A stretch of DNA of 61,232 bases, the filler included, from Squatina squatina (Eukaryota): assembly GCA_031763465.1 (NCBI GenBank). It is 4 parts of 3 records of this genome, joined end to end, with 100 filler letters (N's around TTAATTAATTAA, not from the genome) between each part and the next. Parts side by side here need not be neighbours in the genome. Positions count along the whole stretch, not along the records: positions 1 to 16,456 come from JARFOE010000013.1; 3 more parts are not named here. One strand, 5' to 3'. Under the pieces are notes generated by a model. That model worked only from the letters and a program-made list of their open reading frames with translations, did no database searches and was not told the origin of the DNA. Shown one piece after another: positions 1-12,635 of the stretch. Every line of letters begins with the position of its first letter. Positions within the stretch are counted from its first letter, which is position 1. The position numbers and the translations under genes are program-made.

Positions 1-1010
1 CAACAACAGCACCAAAAGCACCAACATCAACAACACCAGTATCACCATTAACAACATCAACACAACAACATCAACAACACCAACATCAACACCAACACCA
101 ACAGCATCAGCAACACCAACATCAGTAACACCAACAACATCAACACCACCAACACCAACATCAACAACAACAATACCAACAACACCAACAATATCAACAA
201 CGCCAATAACAACATCAACACCAACATCAACAACAGCAATATCAACATCAACAACACCAATATCAACAACACCAACATCAACACCAACAACATCAACACC
301 AACAACACCAACATCAACAATATCAACAACACCAACATCAACACCAACAACATCAACACCAATATCAACAACAACACCAACAACAACAATATCAACAACA
401 CCAACATCAACAACACCAACATCAACAATATCAACAACACCAACAATATCAACAACACCAACAATATCAGCAACATCAACACCAACATCAACAAAAACAC
501 CAATAACAGCAACAACAATACCAACATCACCATCATCAACATCAATAACAACACCAACATCAGCAACCCTAACATCAACAACACTAATAACATCAACGCC
601 AACATCAATACCAACACCAACAACAGCACCAAAAGCACCAACATCAACAACACCAGTATCACCATTAACAACACCACCAACATCAATACATCAACAACAC
701 CAATACCAACATCAACATCAACAACACCAACAACAGCATCAGCAACACCAACAACATCAGTAACACCAACAACATCAACACCACCAACAACACCAACACC
801 AACATCAACAACAACAATACCAACAACACCAACAATATCAACAACACCAATAACAACATCAACACCAACACCAACAACACCAACATCAACAACACCAATA
901 ACATCAATAACACCAACAACACCAATACCAACAACATCAACATCAACAATATCAACATCATCAACAACACCAACATCAGCAACCCTAACATCAACAACAC
1001 CAATAACATC
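1..1010. repeat. Degenerate trinucleotide low-complexity repeat (AAC/ACC/ATC/AAT)n with higher-order duplication
   Basis: Almost entirely A/C-rich triplets. The block CAACAGCACCAAAAGCACCAACATCAACAACACCAGTATCACCATTAACAAC occurs near 4 and again near 621. Register shifts near 62 and 687. Confidence 0.95.
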
Positions 1011-1232
1011 NNNNNNNNNNNNNNNNNNNNNNNNNNNNNNNNNNNNNNNNNNNNNNNNNNNNNNNNNNNNNNNNNNNNNNNNNNNNNNNNNNNNNNNNNN
1101 NNNNNNNNNNCTTATTCATCTTTCTTGCTTCATTTTTTTCCCATTTCATTTTCCAACTCCACCTGGCATCCATCATCCATTCCCAATTTGTTCCTCCCTG
1201 ACACTTTTCAGCAGTTTTTCAGCAGACACAAC

Positions 1233-1588
1233 TTAAAGGCTGTGAATAGTGACATCACAAGTTCCGGCCAGAATGGAGCTGATTGGATAATACCCCCGTC
1301 AATCATGCCTAGAGACCGCACTGCTGTAAGAGGCTGGTTTTGATTTTATGCACATAATTTGTATTATATAACTCTCGTCCACTCGCCGCATTTTTCTGGA
1401 GTAATTATCCTGCTTTTATTGGGAGAAGTTGCTGTAGCTTCTTCATGAGTTCTGTTTGCTGTAGTTCGTAAAGACTCATTAAATAGACTCTGTAGACTGC
1501 TGAGTAAATAGACTTTGTGTGCTGTAAAATAGACTAGTCTCATTCCGCCTCCAATTGGCTGACACAGTGGTGTCAATAGACACTCTGC
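1233..1588. mobile_element. Unclassified interspersed repeat, possibly a Kolobok-like non-autonomous DNA transposon fragment
   Basis: 1325-1588 is the reverse-complement homolog of 29664-29933 on another scaffold. Candidate left end TTAA|AGGC at 1233-1240, followed by GTGACATCACAAGTTCCGG. Family assignment is inference. Confidence 0.55.
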
Positions 1589-1589
1589 C

Positions 1590-1830
1590 CTCCCTTTTCC
1601 CCACCATTGGTCATAGAGCTTTCAGCTGCCTTGATCTCACTATCTGGAATTCCTTCCCTGAGCCCCTCTGCTTCTCCATGTTTGAAAAGCTTAAGACCCA
1701 TCTTGTTGACCAAACTTCTGGTCACCTCTCTGAACTGTCCCACCATGGCTCTGTGTTCTTTCCTTTATCCTTCTATCTAAATGGCCTTGAACTGTTTCTA
1801 TGTTAAAGGCGCTATATAAATGCATGATGT
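1590..1830 (+). mobile_element. L2-like LINE 3' end fragment
   Basis: CCCACCATTGG...TTCAGCTGCC...CTGGAATTCC...GTTAAAGGCGCTATATAAATGCA tail, same family as 35490-35917 and 39630-39720. Confidence 0.7.
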
Positions 1831-2146
1831 TGGTGTTGCACAAGGCAGAAAATGGAGCATTGAAGAAAGGCTTGGATATTATTAGCACAATCATTAGCGG
1901 CCTTGATGAAAGAGTTATGCAACATGAGAAAAATATGCTTTCTATCCTTAAAAGACTGGATCTAAAATGGCTGCCTTGGTTGGGCAAGTAATGGCCCCTG
2001 TACCTCAAAAGCAATTCAGAGTATGAAGTATAATTTTGAGATATTTNNNNNNNNNNNNNNNNNNNNNNNNNNNNNNNNNNNNNNNNNNNNNNNNNNNNNN
2101 NNNNNNNNNNNNNNNNNNNNNNNNNNNNNNNNNNNNNNNNNNNNNN

Positions 2147-2780
2147 GAAGGTTACACTAAAAGAGTGGAACTATGGATAGGATTGTGATAGAGAAGACAT
2201 ACTAAAAAGATAAGCATTGCTGAAAGTTGGTAAGTCACTGGTTTGGATGAAATGCATCCTAGGTCACTGAAAGGAGCAAAGGTAGAAATAGCATTGGCAT
2301 TGGTTACAATCTTTCCATCCTCATTGGATATAGTAGTGAATTTGAGGGTTGCTAATGTTATTCCCCTATTCAAGGGGCGAGGAATAAACCTGGAAACTAC
2401 AGGCCAGTCAGCCTAACAGCAGTGCTGGGCAAGTTAATGGAAACCATTATCAGGGACAAAATAAACTTTCATTTGGAAAGGAGTTGTTAAAAGCAAACCA
2501 TGTCCAATTTGATTGAATTCTTGGTTGAGGTAACAGAGAAGGTTGATCAAAGTAGTGCAGTAGATGTTATATATGGGGACTTTCAGAAGGTATTCGACAA
2601 AGTGCCACAGCGGAGGCTTGTTAAGAAGACGGAAGCCCATCGAACTGAGGGGGAAGTGGCGGTATGGATGCAGCATTTGTTCAGTGACAGGAAGCAAATG
2701 GTGGTGGATGGGTGGTTGTTTTTCAGACTGGGAGGTAGTTTGCAATAGTGTTCCCCAAGGGTTGGGTTCTACCAATCTAT
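2147..2780 (+). mobile_element. CR1-like LINE ORF2 (reverse transcriptase) fragment, degenerate
   Basis: Translates to SNLIEFLVEVTEKVDQSSAVDVIYGDFQKVFDKVPQRRL (CR1 RT YLDFQKAFDKVPH motif) and SVPQG, with frameshifts and deletions. Confidence 0.9.
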
Positions 2781-3457
2781 GAAGAAGTAGAAAATCATCG
2801 ATTTGAAATCTTGTATTTTAGTCGGATATCGAGTTGTGTGGATACATTCAGTTAGAAGATTAACTGTATTCGCCTCTTCATGCAAATGAGCACATTTGTG
2901 GCATTATGAATAATTAACAGATTGTCACACGAATTAAAAAGCAATGAAGTAGGTTCAGTCTCTCGACTTGTTGTCTGGTCTTTGATTCTTCTGTCATTGT
3001 CAGTTACGGTAATCCTCCTTTAATCACTCTGTTTAATTACTAACCCTCTTGTATGCCTAAGATTTAATTATTCATACAGACGACAACACTGTTTGTTGTG
3101 ATAAAACTTTTATCAGAGCACTTCAGGCACAGATGACAGACAGCTTTGGCAACGTGTTCATTCTTTCCCCTGCAGTTTGTGGCATTTACGCGGGCCTCGC
3201 GTGAGAATGAATATTATGCAAGCGCAGGCGATCAGGCCTTTTTTGAAGGATGGCTGAAAGCCAAGAGCCCCTCAAGTTCACACAAAGCCATGCAGCCTTG
3301 TGTGCAGTTCACCTTATCAAGCACTTCATTGTTGGTCGACAACATTAGGCCTTAAGANNNNNNNNNNNNNNNNNNNNNNNNNNNNNNNNNNNNNNNNNNN
3401 NNNNNNNNNNNNNNNNNNNNNNNNNNNNNNNNNNNNNNNNNNNNNNNNNNNNNNNNN

Positions 3458-3700
3458 CGGATGAGACGTTAAACCGAGGCCTCTCAGGTGGACGAAAAAT
3501 GTTCAGTGGCACTATTTTGAAGAAGAGCAGGGGAGTTCTCCCACAGTGTCAGGGCAACATTTATCCCTCATCACTTAAAACAGTCATTATCACATTACTG
3601 TTTGTGGGAGCTTGCTGTGTGCAAATTGGCTGCCGCATTTCCTACATTACAAAAGTAATTTGTTGGCTGTAATGCGCTTAGGTTCTATAAATGCAAATCT
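3458..3700 (+). mobile_element. DeuSINE (SacSINE1/AmnSINE1-like) fragment
   Basis: CGGATGAGACGTTAAACCGAGGC...CTCAGGTGGACG...GGCACTATTTTGAAGAAGAGCAGGGGAGTTCTC core typical of Deu-domain SINEs. Confidence 0.8.
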
Positions 3701-4549
3701 TATGACTTCATGTTATTATTTATACTGTATGAGGAGAACAATATGCAAATTGCTTATCTCTCTCGGGCCATGTTACAGGACAAAATGTAGATTCAAAACT
3801 GAAATACTGTGACAATAATAATATGAGCAATTTATATGGTCACTGAGGAAATACAAATTAGTGGTTTAAAGTAAAGGGTCTGAGGCCCTCTACTGATGCT
3901 ACATAAAAAAGCAGCCAGCGCATGCAAAATGACTTTCATTTCAAAGGGACTGTGTAGAAATGTGGAACTCATAAAGAAAAGGCATCAGTAAATCAGAGGG
4001 TGAGTCTCTTTTCACCAACACTAAGCAAACTCACTCAGGGTTACGGAAAGCCTTAAATATGGTGCCACTTTCACATTTCCATTCCCGCTTCCGATTGTCC
4101 AGGACTATTTAATGAATAATTTTGAAACCATTCTTTATGTTGTTAATTACATCGAAGTTGGAAAGTAATTAATTCTTTTTGAACTGAAGTCAGCCATTTA
4201 ATCAATTCTTGATGAACACGGATATTAAGCAGAGATGATCAAGCTCTTTTATTGGCGAGCTTTAATTGTTGTCCTTGCAGTGAGGTTTTATTACTTTTGA
4301 AAATCAATTGTTCCTAACAAATTTGTACCACTTTATTGGATTTTAGCACCTTGTTAAAATGGAAACGCTGTGGGCTTTATAATGCTACACTGAGTTTTAA
4401 AAAATGCTTAAATATGTTCATGATATGTCAGCTATTACCTTATCCCCATNNNNNNNNNNNNNNNNNNNNNNNNNNNNNNNNNNNNNNNNNNNNNNNNNNN
4501 NNNNNNNNNNNNNNNNNNNNNNNNNNNNNNNNNNNNNNNNNNNNNNNNN

Positions 4550-7500
4550 CACACTCACACACTCGGCGAGTTATTCTCTCTTTCACACTCACTTACTCGT
4601 TGAATTACTGTCTCTCACACTCACTCACTCAGTGAGCTCCTCTCTCGCACACTCACTCACTCGGTGAGTTACTATCTCTCACACTCACTCACTCATTGAC
4701 TTACTCTCTCTCACTCACTCACTCGGTGAGTTGCTCTCTCTCACACTCACTCACTCGGTGAGTAACTCTCTCTCACAGTCACCCACTCGGCAAGATATTC
4801 TCTCTCTGACACTCACTCACTCGGCGAGTTATTCTCTCTCTCACACTCACTCACACGGTTACTTACTCTGTCTCACACTCACACACTCTGCAAGTTATTC
4901 TCTCTCTCACACTCACTCACTCGGTGAGTTACTCTCTCTCACACTCACTCACTTAGTGAGTTACTCTCTCTCACACTCACTCACTCGGTGAGTTACTCTC
5001 TCTCACTCACCCACTCAGTGATCACTCTCTCTCACTCACTCGGTGAGTTACTCTCTCTCACACTCACTCACTCGGTGTGTTACTCTCACTCACACTCATT
5101 CACTCGGTGAGTTGCTCTCTCACACTCACTCACTCGGTGAGTTACTCTCTCTCACACTCACTCACTCGGTGAGTTCCTCTCTCTCACACTCACACACTCG
5201 GTGAGTTACTCTCTCGCACACTCACTCACTCGGTGAGTTACTATCTCTCACACTGACTCACTCGGTGAGTTACTCTCTCTCACACTCATTCACTCAGTGA
5301 GTAAATCTCTCTTACACTCACTCACTCAGTGAGTTACTCTCTCTCACACTCATTCACTCGGTGACTTACTCTCTCTCACACTCACACACTCGGCGAGTTA
5401 TTCTCTCTCTCACACTCACTCACTCGGTGAATTACTCTCTCTCACACTCACTCACCGGTGTGTTGCTCTCTCTCACATTCACTCACTCGGTGAGTTACTC
5501 TCTCGCACACTCACTCACTCGGTGAGTTACTATCTCTCACACTCACTCACTCGGTGAGTTACTCTCTCTCACACTCATTCACTCAGTGAGTTACTCTCTC
5601 TCACACTCACTCACTCGGTGACTTACTCTCACTCACAGTCACCCACTCGGCGAGTTACTCCTCTCACACTCGCTCATTCGGTGAGTCTCTCTCTCTCACA
5701 CTCACACACTCGGCTTGTGTTCTCTCTCTCACACTCACTAACTCGGTGAGTTACTCTCTCTCACACTCACCCACTCGGAGCGTTGTTCTCTCTCTCACAC
5801 TCACTCATTCGGTGAGTCTCTCTCTCTCACACTCACACACTCGGCTTGTGTTCTCTCTCTCACACTCACTCACTCGGTGAGTTACTCTCTCTCACACTCA
5901 CCCACTCGGAGCGTTGTTCTCTCTCTCACACTCACTAACCCGGTGAGTTACACTCTCTCTCATTCACTCACTCGGTGAATTCCTCTCTCTCACTCACCCA
6001 CTCCGTGTGTTACTCTCTCTCACACTCACTCACTCGGTGAGTTCCTCTCTCTCACACTCACTCATTCGGTGTGATACTCTCTCTCAAACTCACACTTTCG
6101 GTGAGTTACACTCTCTCTCATTCACTCACTCGGTGAATTCCTCTCTCTCACTCACCCACTCGGTGTGTTACTCTCTCTCACTCACTCACTCGGCGCGTTT
6201 ATCTCTCTCTCACACTCACTAACTTGGTGAGTTACTCTCTCTCACACTCACTCACTCGGCGAGTTATTCCCTCTCTCACACTCACTCACTCGGTTACTTA
6301 CTCTGTCTCACACTCACACACTCGGAGCGTTGTTCTCTCTCTCACACTCACTCACTCGGTGAGTTACTCCCTCTCGCAGTCACACACTCGGTGAGTTACT
6401 CTGTCTCTCACACTCACTCTCTCGGTGAGTTATTCTCTCTCTCACACTCGCTCACTCGGCGAGTTATTCTCTCTCTCACACTCACTCACTCCGCGAGGTA
6501 TTCTTTCTCTCACACTCACACACTCGGTGAGTTACTCTGACTCTCACACTCACTCTCTCGCTGAGTTATTCTCTCTCTCACACTCACTCACTCGGTGTGT
6601 TACGCTCTCTCACACTCACTCACTCGGTGAGTTACTCTCTCTCACTCACTCACTTGGTGAATTCCTCTCTCTCACACTCTCTCACTCAGTGAGTCATTCT
6701 CTCTCACACTCACCCACTCGGCGAGTTATTCTCTCTCTCACACTCACTCACACGGTTACTTACTCTGTCTCACACTCACAAACTCTGCGAGCTATTCTCT
6801 CTCTCTCACTCATACACTCGGCGCGTTGTTCTCTTTCTCACACTCACTCACTCATTGAGTTAATCTCTCTCACTCACCCACTCGCTGAGTTACTCTCTCT
6901 CACACTCACTCACTCGGCGTGTTATTCGCTCTCTCACACTCACTCACTCGGTTACCTATTCTGTCTCACACTCACACACTCGGCGAGTTATTCTCTCTCT
7001 CACACTTACTCACTCAGTGAGTTACGCTCTCTCACACTCACTGACTAGGTGAGTTACTGTCTCTCACACTCACTCCCTCGGCGAGTTATTCTCTCTCTCA
7101 CACTTACTCACTCAGTGAGTTTCTCTCTCTCACACTCACTCACTCAGAGAGTTATTCTCTCTCTCACACTCACTCACTGTGTGAGTTTCTCTCTCTCACA
7201 TTCACTCACTCGGTGAATTCATCTATCTTACACTCACTCACTCGGTGAGTTACTCTCTCTCACACTCACTCACTCGGTGAGTTACTCTCTCTCACACCGT
7301 CTCAGTCAGTGACTTACTCTCTCTCACACTCACTCACTCGGTGAGTTACTCTCTCTCACACTCGTGACTCGGTGAGTTACTCTCTCTCACACTCACTCAC
7401 TCGGAGAGTTATTCTCTCTCACACTCACTCACTCAGGGAGTTACTCTCTCTCACTCACTCACTTGGTGAATTCCTCTCTCTCACACTCTCCCACTCAGTG

Positions 7501-7794
7501 AGTTCCTCTCTCTCACACTCACCCACTCGGTGAGTTACTCTCTCTCTCACACTCACTCACTGTGTGAGTTTCTCTCTCTCACATTCACTCACTCGGTGAA
7601 TTCATCTATTTTACACTCACTCACTCGGTGAGTTACTCTCTCTCACACCCTCTCAGTCAGTGACTTACTCTCTCTCACACTCACTCACTCGGTGAGTTAC
7701 TCTCTCTCACACTCGTCACTCGGTGAGTTACTCTCTCTCACACTCACTCACTCGGAGAGTTATTCTCTCTCACACTCACTCACTCAGGGAGTTA
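4550..7794. repeat. Minisatellite, ~32-34 bp unit CACTCACTCACTCGGTGAGTTACTCTCTCTCA, roughly 95 copies
   Basis: Directly visible tandem array bounded by gaps on both sides. Copy number estimated as length divided by unit. Confidence 0.97.
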
Positions 7795-7948
7795 NNNNNN
7801 NNNNNNNNNNNNNNNNNNNNNNNNNNNNNNNNNNNNNNNNNNNNNNNNNNNNNNNNNNNNNNNNNNNNNNNNNNNNNNNNNNNNNNNNNNNNNNGGTTAA
7901 TTTCTGAAATGAAATGTCTTCACCACAAGCTCCCAGACCCGTTCAACT

Positions 7949-7984
7949 TTTATTGTGTGCAAACAATATTGTCAGCGTTTTATT
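7949..7984 (-). terminator. Candidate polyadenylation signals (two AATAAA) just downstream of the DSEL stop
   Basis: TTTATT on plus at 7949-7954 and 7979-7984, 25-60 nt past the stop codon. Confidence 0.3.
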
Positions 7985-8009
7985 TTTAAAACTCCAAGCG
8001 GAACAGCTT

Positions 8010-11000
8010 TCAGCTGGCAAACCTGGAATACCCTAACTGACTCATCACTGACCAGCAGATGTCCTCGATTATCCTGATGTCCTTCTCGGGCATTTTGTCC
8101 CTCCAGAGGTGGAGGGTACTGGGCGATATCTCTCCTTCGAATGGAAGGTGGAACAGGTTTGTGGAGGTGGCGAAAAGTATCCTGTTTAGTACAGCGGGGG
8201 GGAGAGAAAAGCCCAGAAAGGCATAGAGTTTCTCAGCCGTTTCCTGAGGAAAGTTAACAATGTCTTCGAATTTCAAGAGTTGGTAGTTTGCGGGTGGTAG
8301 CTTCTTGTTTATCCTCAAGGTTGCCCTGGTATTGGCCAGCCACAGATGAGCCAAGAGGGACACGGTATTCCTGGCCGGTGCAGAAAACTGCCTCCGGAGC
8401 AGCTCATATTCAAAGGCGTACCCAGTGTCCAAATCGCATTTCTCCTTATTATTTTCCTCCTTAAATAGCATAGCTAAGTGCTGGGGCACATTTCGCAGGG
8501 AATAAAGACTGGGCTTGCTGTTATACAGCAATGAATAGACCCACGCACGTGGGTCTCTCACCACGTGCATAGCCCTCATTGAGGATCCGATAACTCCCTG
8601 CACAAACGGAAGCTTTAGCGTCCAACTCCCGCTGATTAAGCTAAGCACTACACGTGCATTGGGGTAGGAGGCGAGGTGCCTCCTCAGTCCTTTGATGTAC
8701 TCCGTGTCCTTCTCCAGGTTTTCTTTGTACTTCGCATTCTGATCCATTAAGGGAGCCCTTCTTCTGTATTTCCTCTTCTTGTCCCTCGCTCCGTTGGACT
8801 TTTCTGCCAGGAGTATGTTCCTGCTGCCCGTGTGCAACTGAATATTCTGCAAATGGAGCTTGGTATTTTGTACCAGCGACTGGAGCCAGCCCTGGATCAA
8901 ACGGTAGCGGCCAGCCTGGGCGTCGGCGAGCTTCCACTCACAGGCGTCGACGAAGGAGTCGAACTCGAATTCCATCTCGGGAATATCGAGGTGTTCCGTC
9001 GGGACGCGGATGTAGATGAAGTCCGTGTTGTTAACGAAGAGGTGCTTCAGGATTTCTGCCCCCGAGCCCGGGAGCGAAGCGATGACGACGGGGGACATTT
9101 TCCGGAGGTTCTCGTCCCATTGCTTCGAGTGGGCGTCCGTCTCCGAGCTGGCGTCGTCGCCGCCACCGTTCCAGTTCATGCCACACAGGGGCTGCGTGCA
9201 GGTGCTCCACAGGGCCACCAGTTCCATGAACCACAGCGTGATGATCATCAGCAGGGCCAAGCGCATCAGCTTGCTGAAGGAGATGTACAGCTTCCAGTGA
9301 GCAGTCAGCAGGACCAAGCCGATGCACAAGGCGACGGCCATGAGGACCTTCACCGTCATCCCAAAGCGAAAGAAGTTGGTGCTGAGTATCCTTGGCCGAT
9401 GCAAGGCTGTTGTCCCGAAACCAAATCTCGTGACCTGATTTGCATCTTCCACCTTCGCATATCCTCCAAATCCTAAGTAACTGAACCGTACGGTCGGNNN
9501 NNNNNNNNNNNNNNNNNNNNNNNNNNNNNNNNNNNNNNNNNNNNNNNNNNNNNNNNNNNNNNNNNNNNNNNNNNNNNNNNNNNNNNNNNNNNNNNNNCGG
9601 GTCAGTATAATGAGTCACCACAGACACAACTGTCTCCGTATCATTGACGTTCAGAGCGACTTTCAGTCCGTGTCTGCTGTCGTCAATGAACCTGCAATCG
9701 GCAATCTTGACGTACGGTCCGTGGAATACATAAGCGATTCTGGTGATGGGCTTTTCAAGTGCGAAGGTCACATTGACAAATTGGGTCCACCGCTTCTTGA
9801 ACTCGGCGGCCTGTTCCGCCTCCTGGATCCGCGAGGCGGGGCTCTTGCCGCGGTGATCGAACCAGAACATTTTGTACTGGGCGTCCCAGACATCCATCAT
9901 GGCTCCGTTCAGCTGGCCTGCCGACTGGTGGGGGACGTACTTGAAGTCAATGTCCAGGTTGTGGAAGAAGGCGCTGACCAGATTCACGGGCGAGCCCTCC
10001 CGCCGCTCGATGTGGTCGACCACCAGCAGCACCTGGGGGTTCAGGAGCAGCAGGGAGCGGTAAATGCTGCTCAGCCGCATGGCGGAGGAATAGGCTGACG
10101 CCGCCTCGCCGCTGGTGAACAGCATCCCTCCGTGCTGCGTCGCTGTCACGAGCTCCCCCGCCGAGCTTCCGGCCTCATCCGCCATCCAGTTAAGCCACTG
10201 GCCGCACTCGCCCAACTGGCCCTCCCAGGGCTCGTTGCATTGACTGGTCGGGGAAGGGCCGNNNNNNNNNNNNNNNNNNNNNNNNNNNNNNNNNNNNNNN
10301 NNNNNNNNNNNNNNNNNNNNNNNNNNNNNNNNNNNNNNNNNNNNNNNNNNNNNNNNNNNNNCTCCATCACGTCGATGGCTATCTGCTTGCACAGCAGGGC
10401 GCTCTGGGGCTGGTGAGGTGTCAGCACCAGGGCCCCCATCAGCAGGGCCAGGACGTTGGTGGCCTGGTGGTTGTGCAGGAAGTGCTTGCCCCAGGCTCGG
10501 TACTTGGAGAACTCGTAGAGCTCCTTGGTGACGCTCTGGATCTTCTCCAGGTAGCCCTTCCTCCTGGGGGCATCCAGGCATGGGTAGAGGAAGTCGAAGG
10601 CGGTCACGAAGCCCGTCAAGGAGTNNNNNNNNNNTCATCGGTGGGTGCCACCCTGACCTGCCAGTGGGGGTAAGCAGACATCCTGTCCAGGTAGTCCAGG
10701 GTGAAGTCCAACGCGGCCCGATCTTCTGGGAAGAGGAGGCAATAGAGGGCCAGCACCCCTAGGTTGTTCCCATAGACCTCGTTCCACTTGGCTGAGAAGG
10801 TGAGGTGGTCGGCAGGGGGCAGGTAGAGGCTGGTTTTGGCCAGCATGGTCCTCACAGCATTCCTGATGGCCCGGGTGATGGGCGAGTGGCTGGTGTGGGA
10901 CCTCTGGCGCAGGGTCTTGATGTCCCGGGAGTCGAAGTAGAGCAGAGGGTGGGGAGGGCGGTGGGCATCGCCCCACTGCTGCTCCTCCGACAAGCCGCTG

Positions 11001-11080
11001 CGGTCCCAGGAGAGGTCCCGCTTGCCCAGCCCCTGGCACACACAAGCCAGGAGCAGCAAGAGGCTCACAATCCACGCCAT
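8010..11080 (-). CDS. DSEL: Dermatan sulfate epimerase-like protein (signal peptide, epimerase domain, two TM helices, C-terminal sulfotransferase-like domain); single coding exon broken by three assembly gaps
   Basis: ATG at 11080 ([17 protein letters not shown] signal peptide). Recognisable peptides [92 protein letters not shown] at 8010-8012. Apparent frame changes coincide with N gaps at 10625, 10262 and 9498. Confidence 0.96.
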
Positions 11081-11664
11081 GTCACATCGCAGCCCCAGGC
11101 AGCCCCACCACTGGGGGGGTCGTCCGACCCGGAGAGCCGCCCGTGGGAGGGAGGGAGAGGGGGCATGGGGGTGGGGAGAGGCTGGGGANNNNNNNNNNNN
11201 NNNNNNNNNNNNNNNNNNNNNNNNNNNNNNNNNNNNNNNNNNNNNNNNNNNNNNNNNNNNNNNNNNNNNNNNNNNNNNNNNNNNNNNNCTGTGCACTGTG
11301 CAGAAAGTTATGAAATGTAAACATTAATTAAAAAAATCCTGTAGCTTTAACATACACTAGGGTTGCTTCTCATTAAGCTTTTAATGTTCTTGAATGTCAA
11401 TCAATTTAAAAAAAGCATTTTCTTCATTTCACATATCTCCTTATATTACGAAAATCTTCATAAACATATTTATAATGTTGCGACACACAGCAATACCTCT
11501 TGATTGTGTTTGATAATGTAACCTATGCGGTGAAAAATAACTATTAAAACCATTTTGAAGACTTATTTTTTTTCAAAAGGAGCCATGACTTACCTTTGGG
11601 TGTGCCTTATTCACTGCTGATCTTAAAATGGACATACTGATTTAACATATGTGCTGTAATTGTA

Positions 11665-11921
11665 CATAGAACAGAATCACAGAATGGTTACAGCACAGGA
11701 GACGGCCATTCGGCCCATTGAGCTCGTGCCGGCTCTCCGCAAGAGCACCTCAGCTAGTCCCACTCCCCAGCCCTTTCCCTGTAGCCCTGCGAAGATTTTT
11801 CTTTCAGGCACTTATCCAATTCGCTTTTGAAAGCCGCAAACAAATCTGCCTCCACCACCCTCTCAGGCAGTGCGTTCCAGATCCTAAACACTCGGCTGTG
11901 TAAAAAAAAAAAATAGTTTTT
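11665..11921 (-). mobile_element. CR1-type LINE/SINE 3' end fragment
   Basis: ACATAGAACAGAATC...ACAGCACAGGAGACGGCCATTCGGCCC is the reverse complement of a typical elasmobranch CR1 3' tail. Confidence 0.75.
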
Positions 11922-12635
11922 NNNNNNNNNNNNNNNNNNNNNNNNNNNNNNNNNNNNNNNNNNNNNNNNNNNNNNNNNNNNNNNNNNNNNNNNNNNNNNN
12001 NNNNNNNNNNNNNNNNNNNNNAAGAAGGTAGCTCATTGCCACCAGGGATGGGCAATAAATGCCAGTGATACCCACATCCCAGGAGCAATTTTTTGGGAAA
12101 AAAAACAGCTGATTTATGATGACAACTTCACCGAACGAGAAGGGAGTTTTCCATTTTCACCACAGCTTAGTAACAATCGGCTGTGCATTTGTAGAAAATG
12201 TCAGTATACAGTTATACATGAATTTACATTCTCACTGCATTGAAAACAGGAAAGGCAGGAATATAATTGATCCACTGTGTCAAAAAATTCTCTCTCAACA
12301 TGTGTACCATTTCTAACTATCTATCGACTATCTACATACTTACTCCTACGGTAATGCATCACAGCATCCTCATTGATCATGACAATGGATAGCTGTGCTC
12401 TCCCTAAAGGCAGTGACTAACTGATGTTCTTGCACAAGCCTGAAGGACCCATAACTCAGAAGCATGGCAATCGTGAGTGATCACAGTTGTTCACACAACT
12501 AAGGAACACCTGGACCTTACTGCCATCTGTGAGACATTGGCCTCAAAATTTCTGTCAAAGTGGCGGTGAGGCTAAAAGCGCTCTCCATTATGTACATGCA
12601 AATAACACAACATCTTCAGGTAATAGCAGATTTAA

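Noticed and set aside
57-1009. Long Leu/Val/Met ORFs resembling membrane proteins
   Set aside because: Antisense reading of a simple triplet repeat; no complexity, register shifts.
4550-7794. CRISPR-like array, or SHSLT-repeat ORFs
   Set aside because: Units are contiguous with no unique spacers, there are no cas genes, and the context is a vertebrate genome. The ORFs are satellite translations.
8832-11327. Plus-strand and alternative-frame ORFs overlapping DSEL
   Set aside because: Shadow ORFs expected from GC-rich coding sequence; no recognisable domains.
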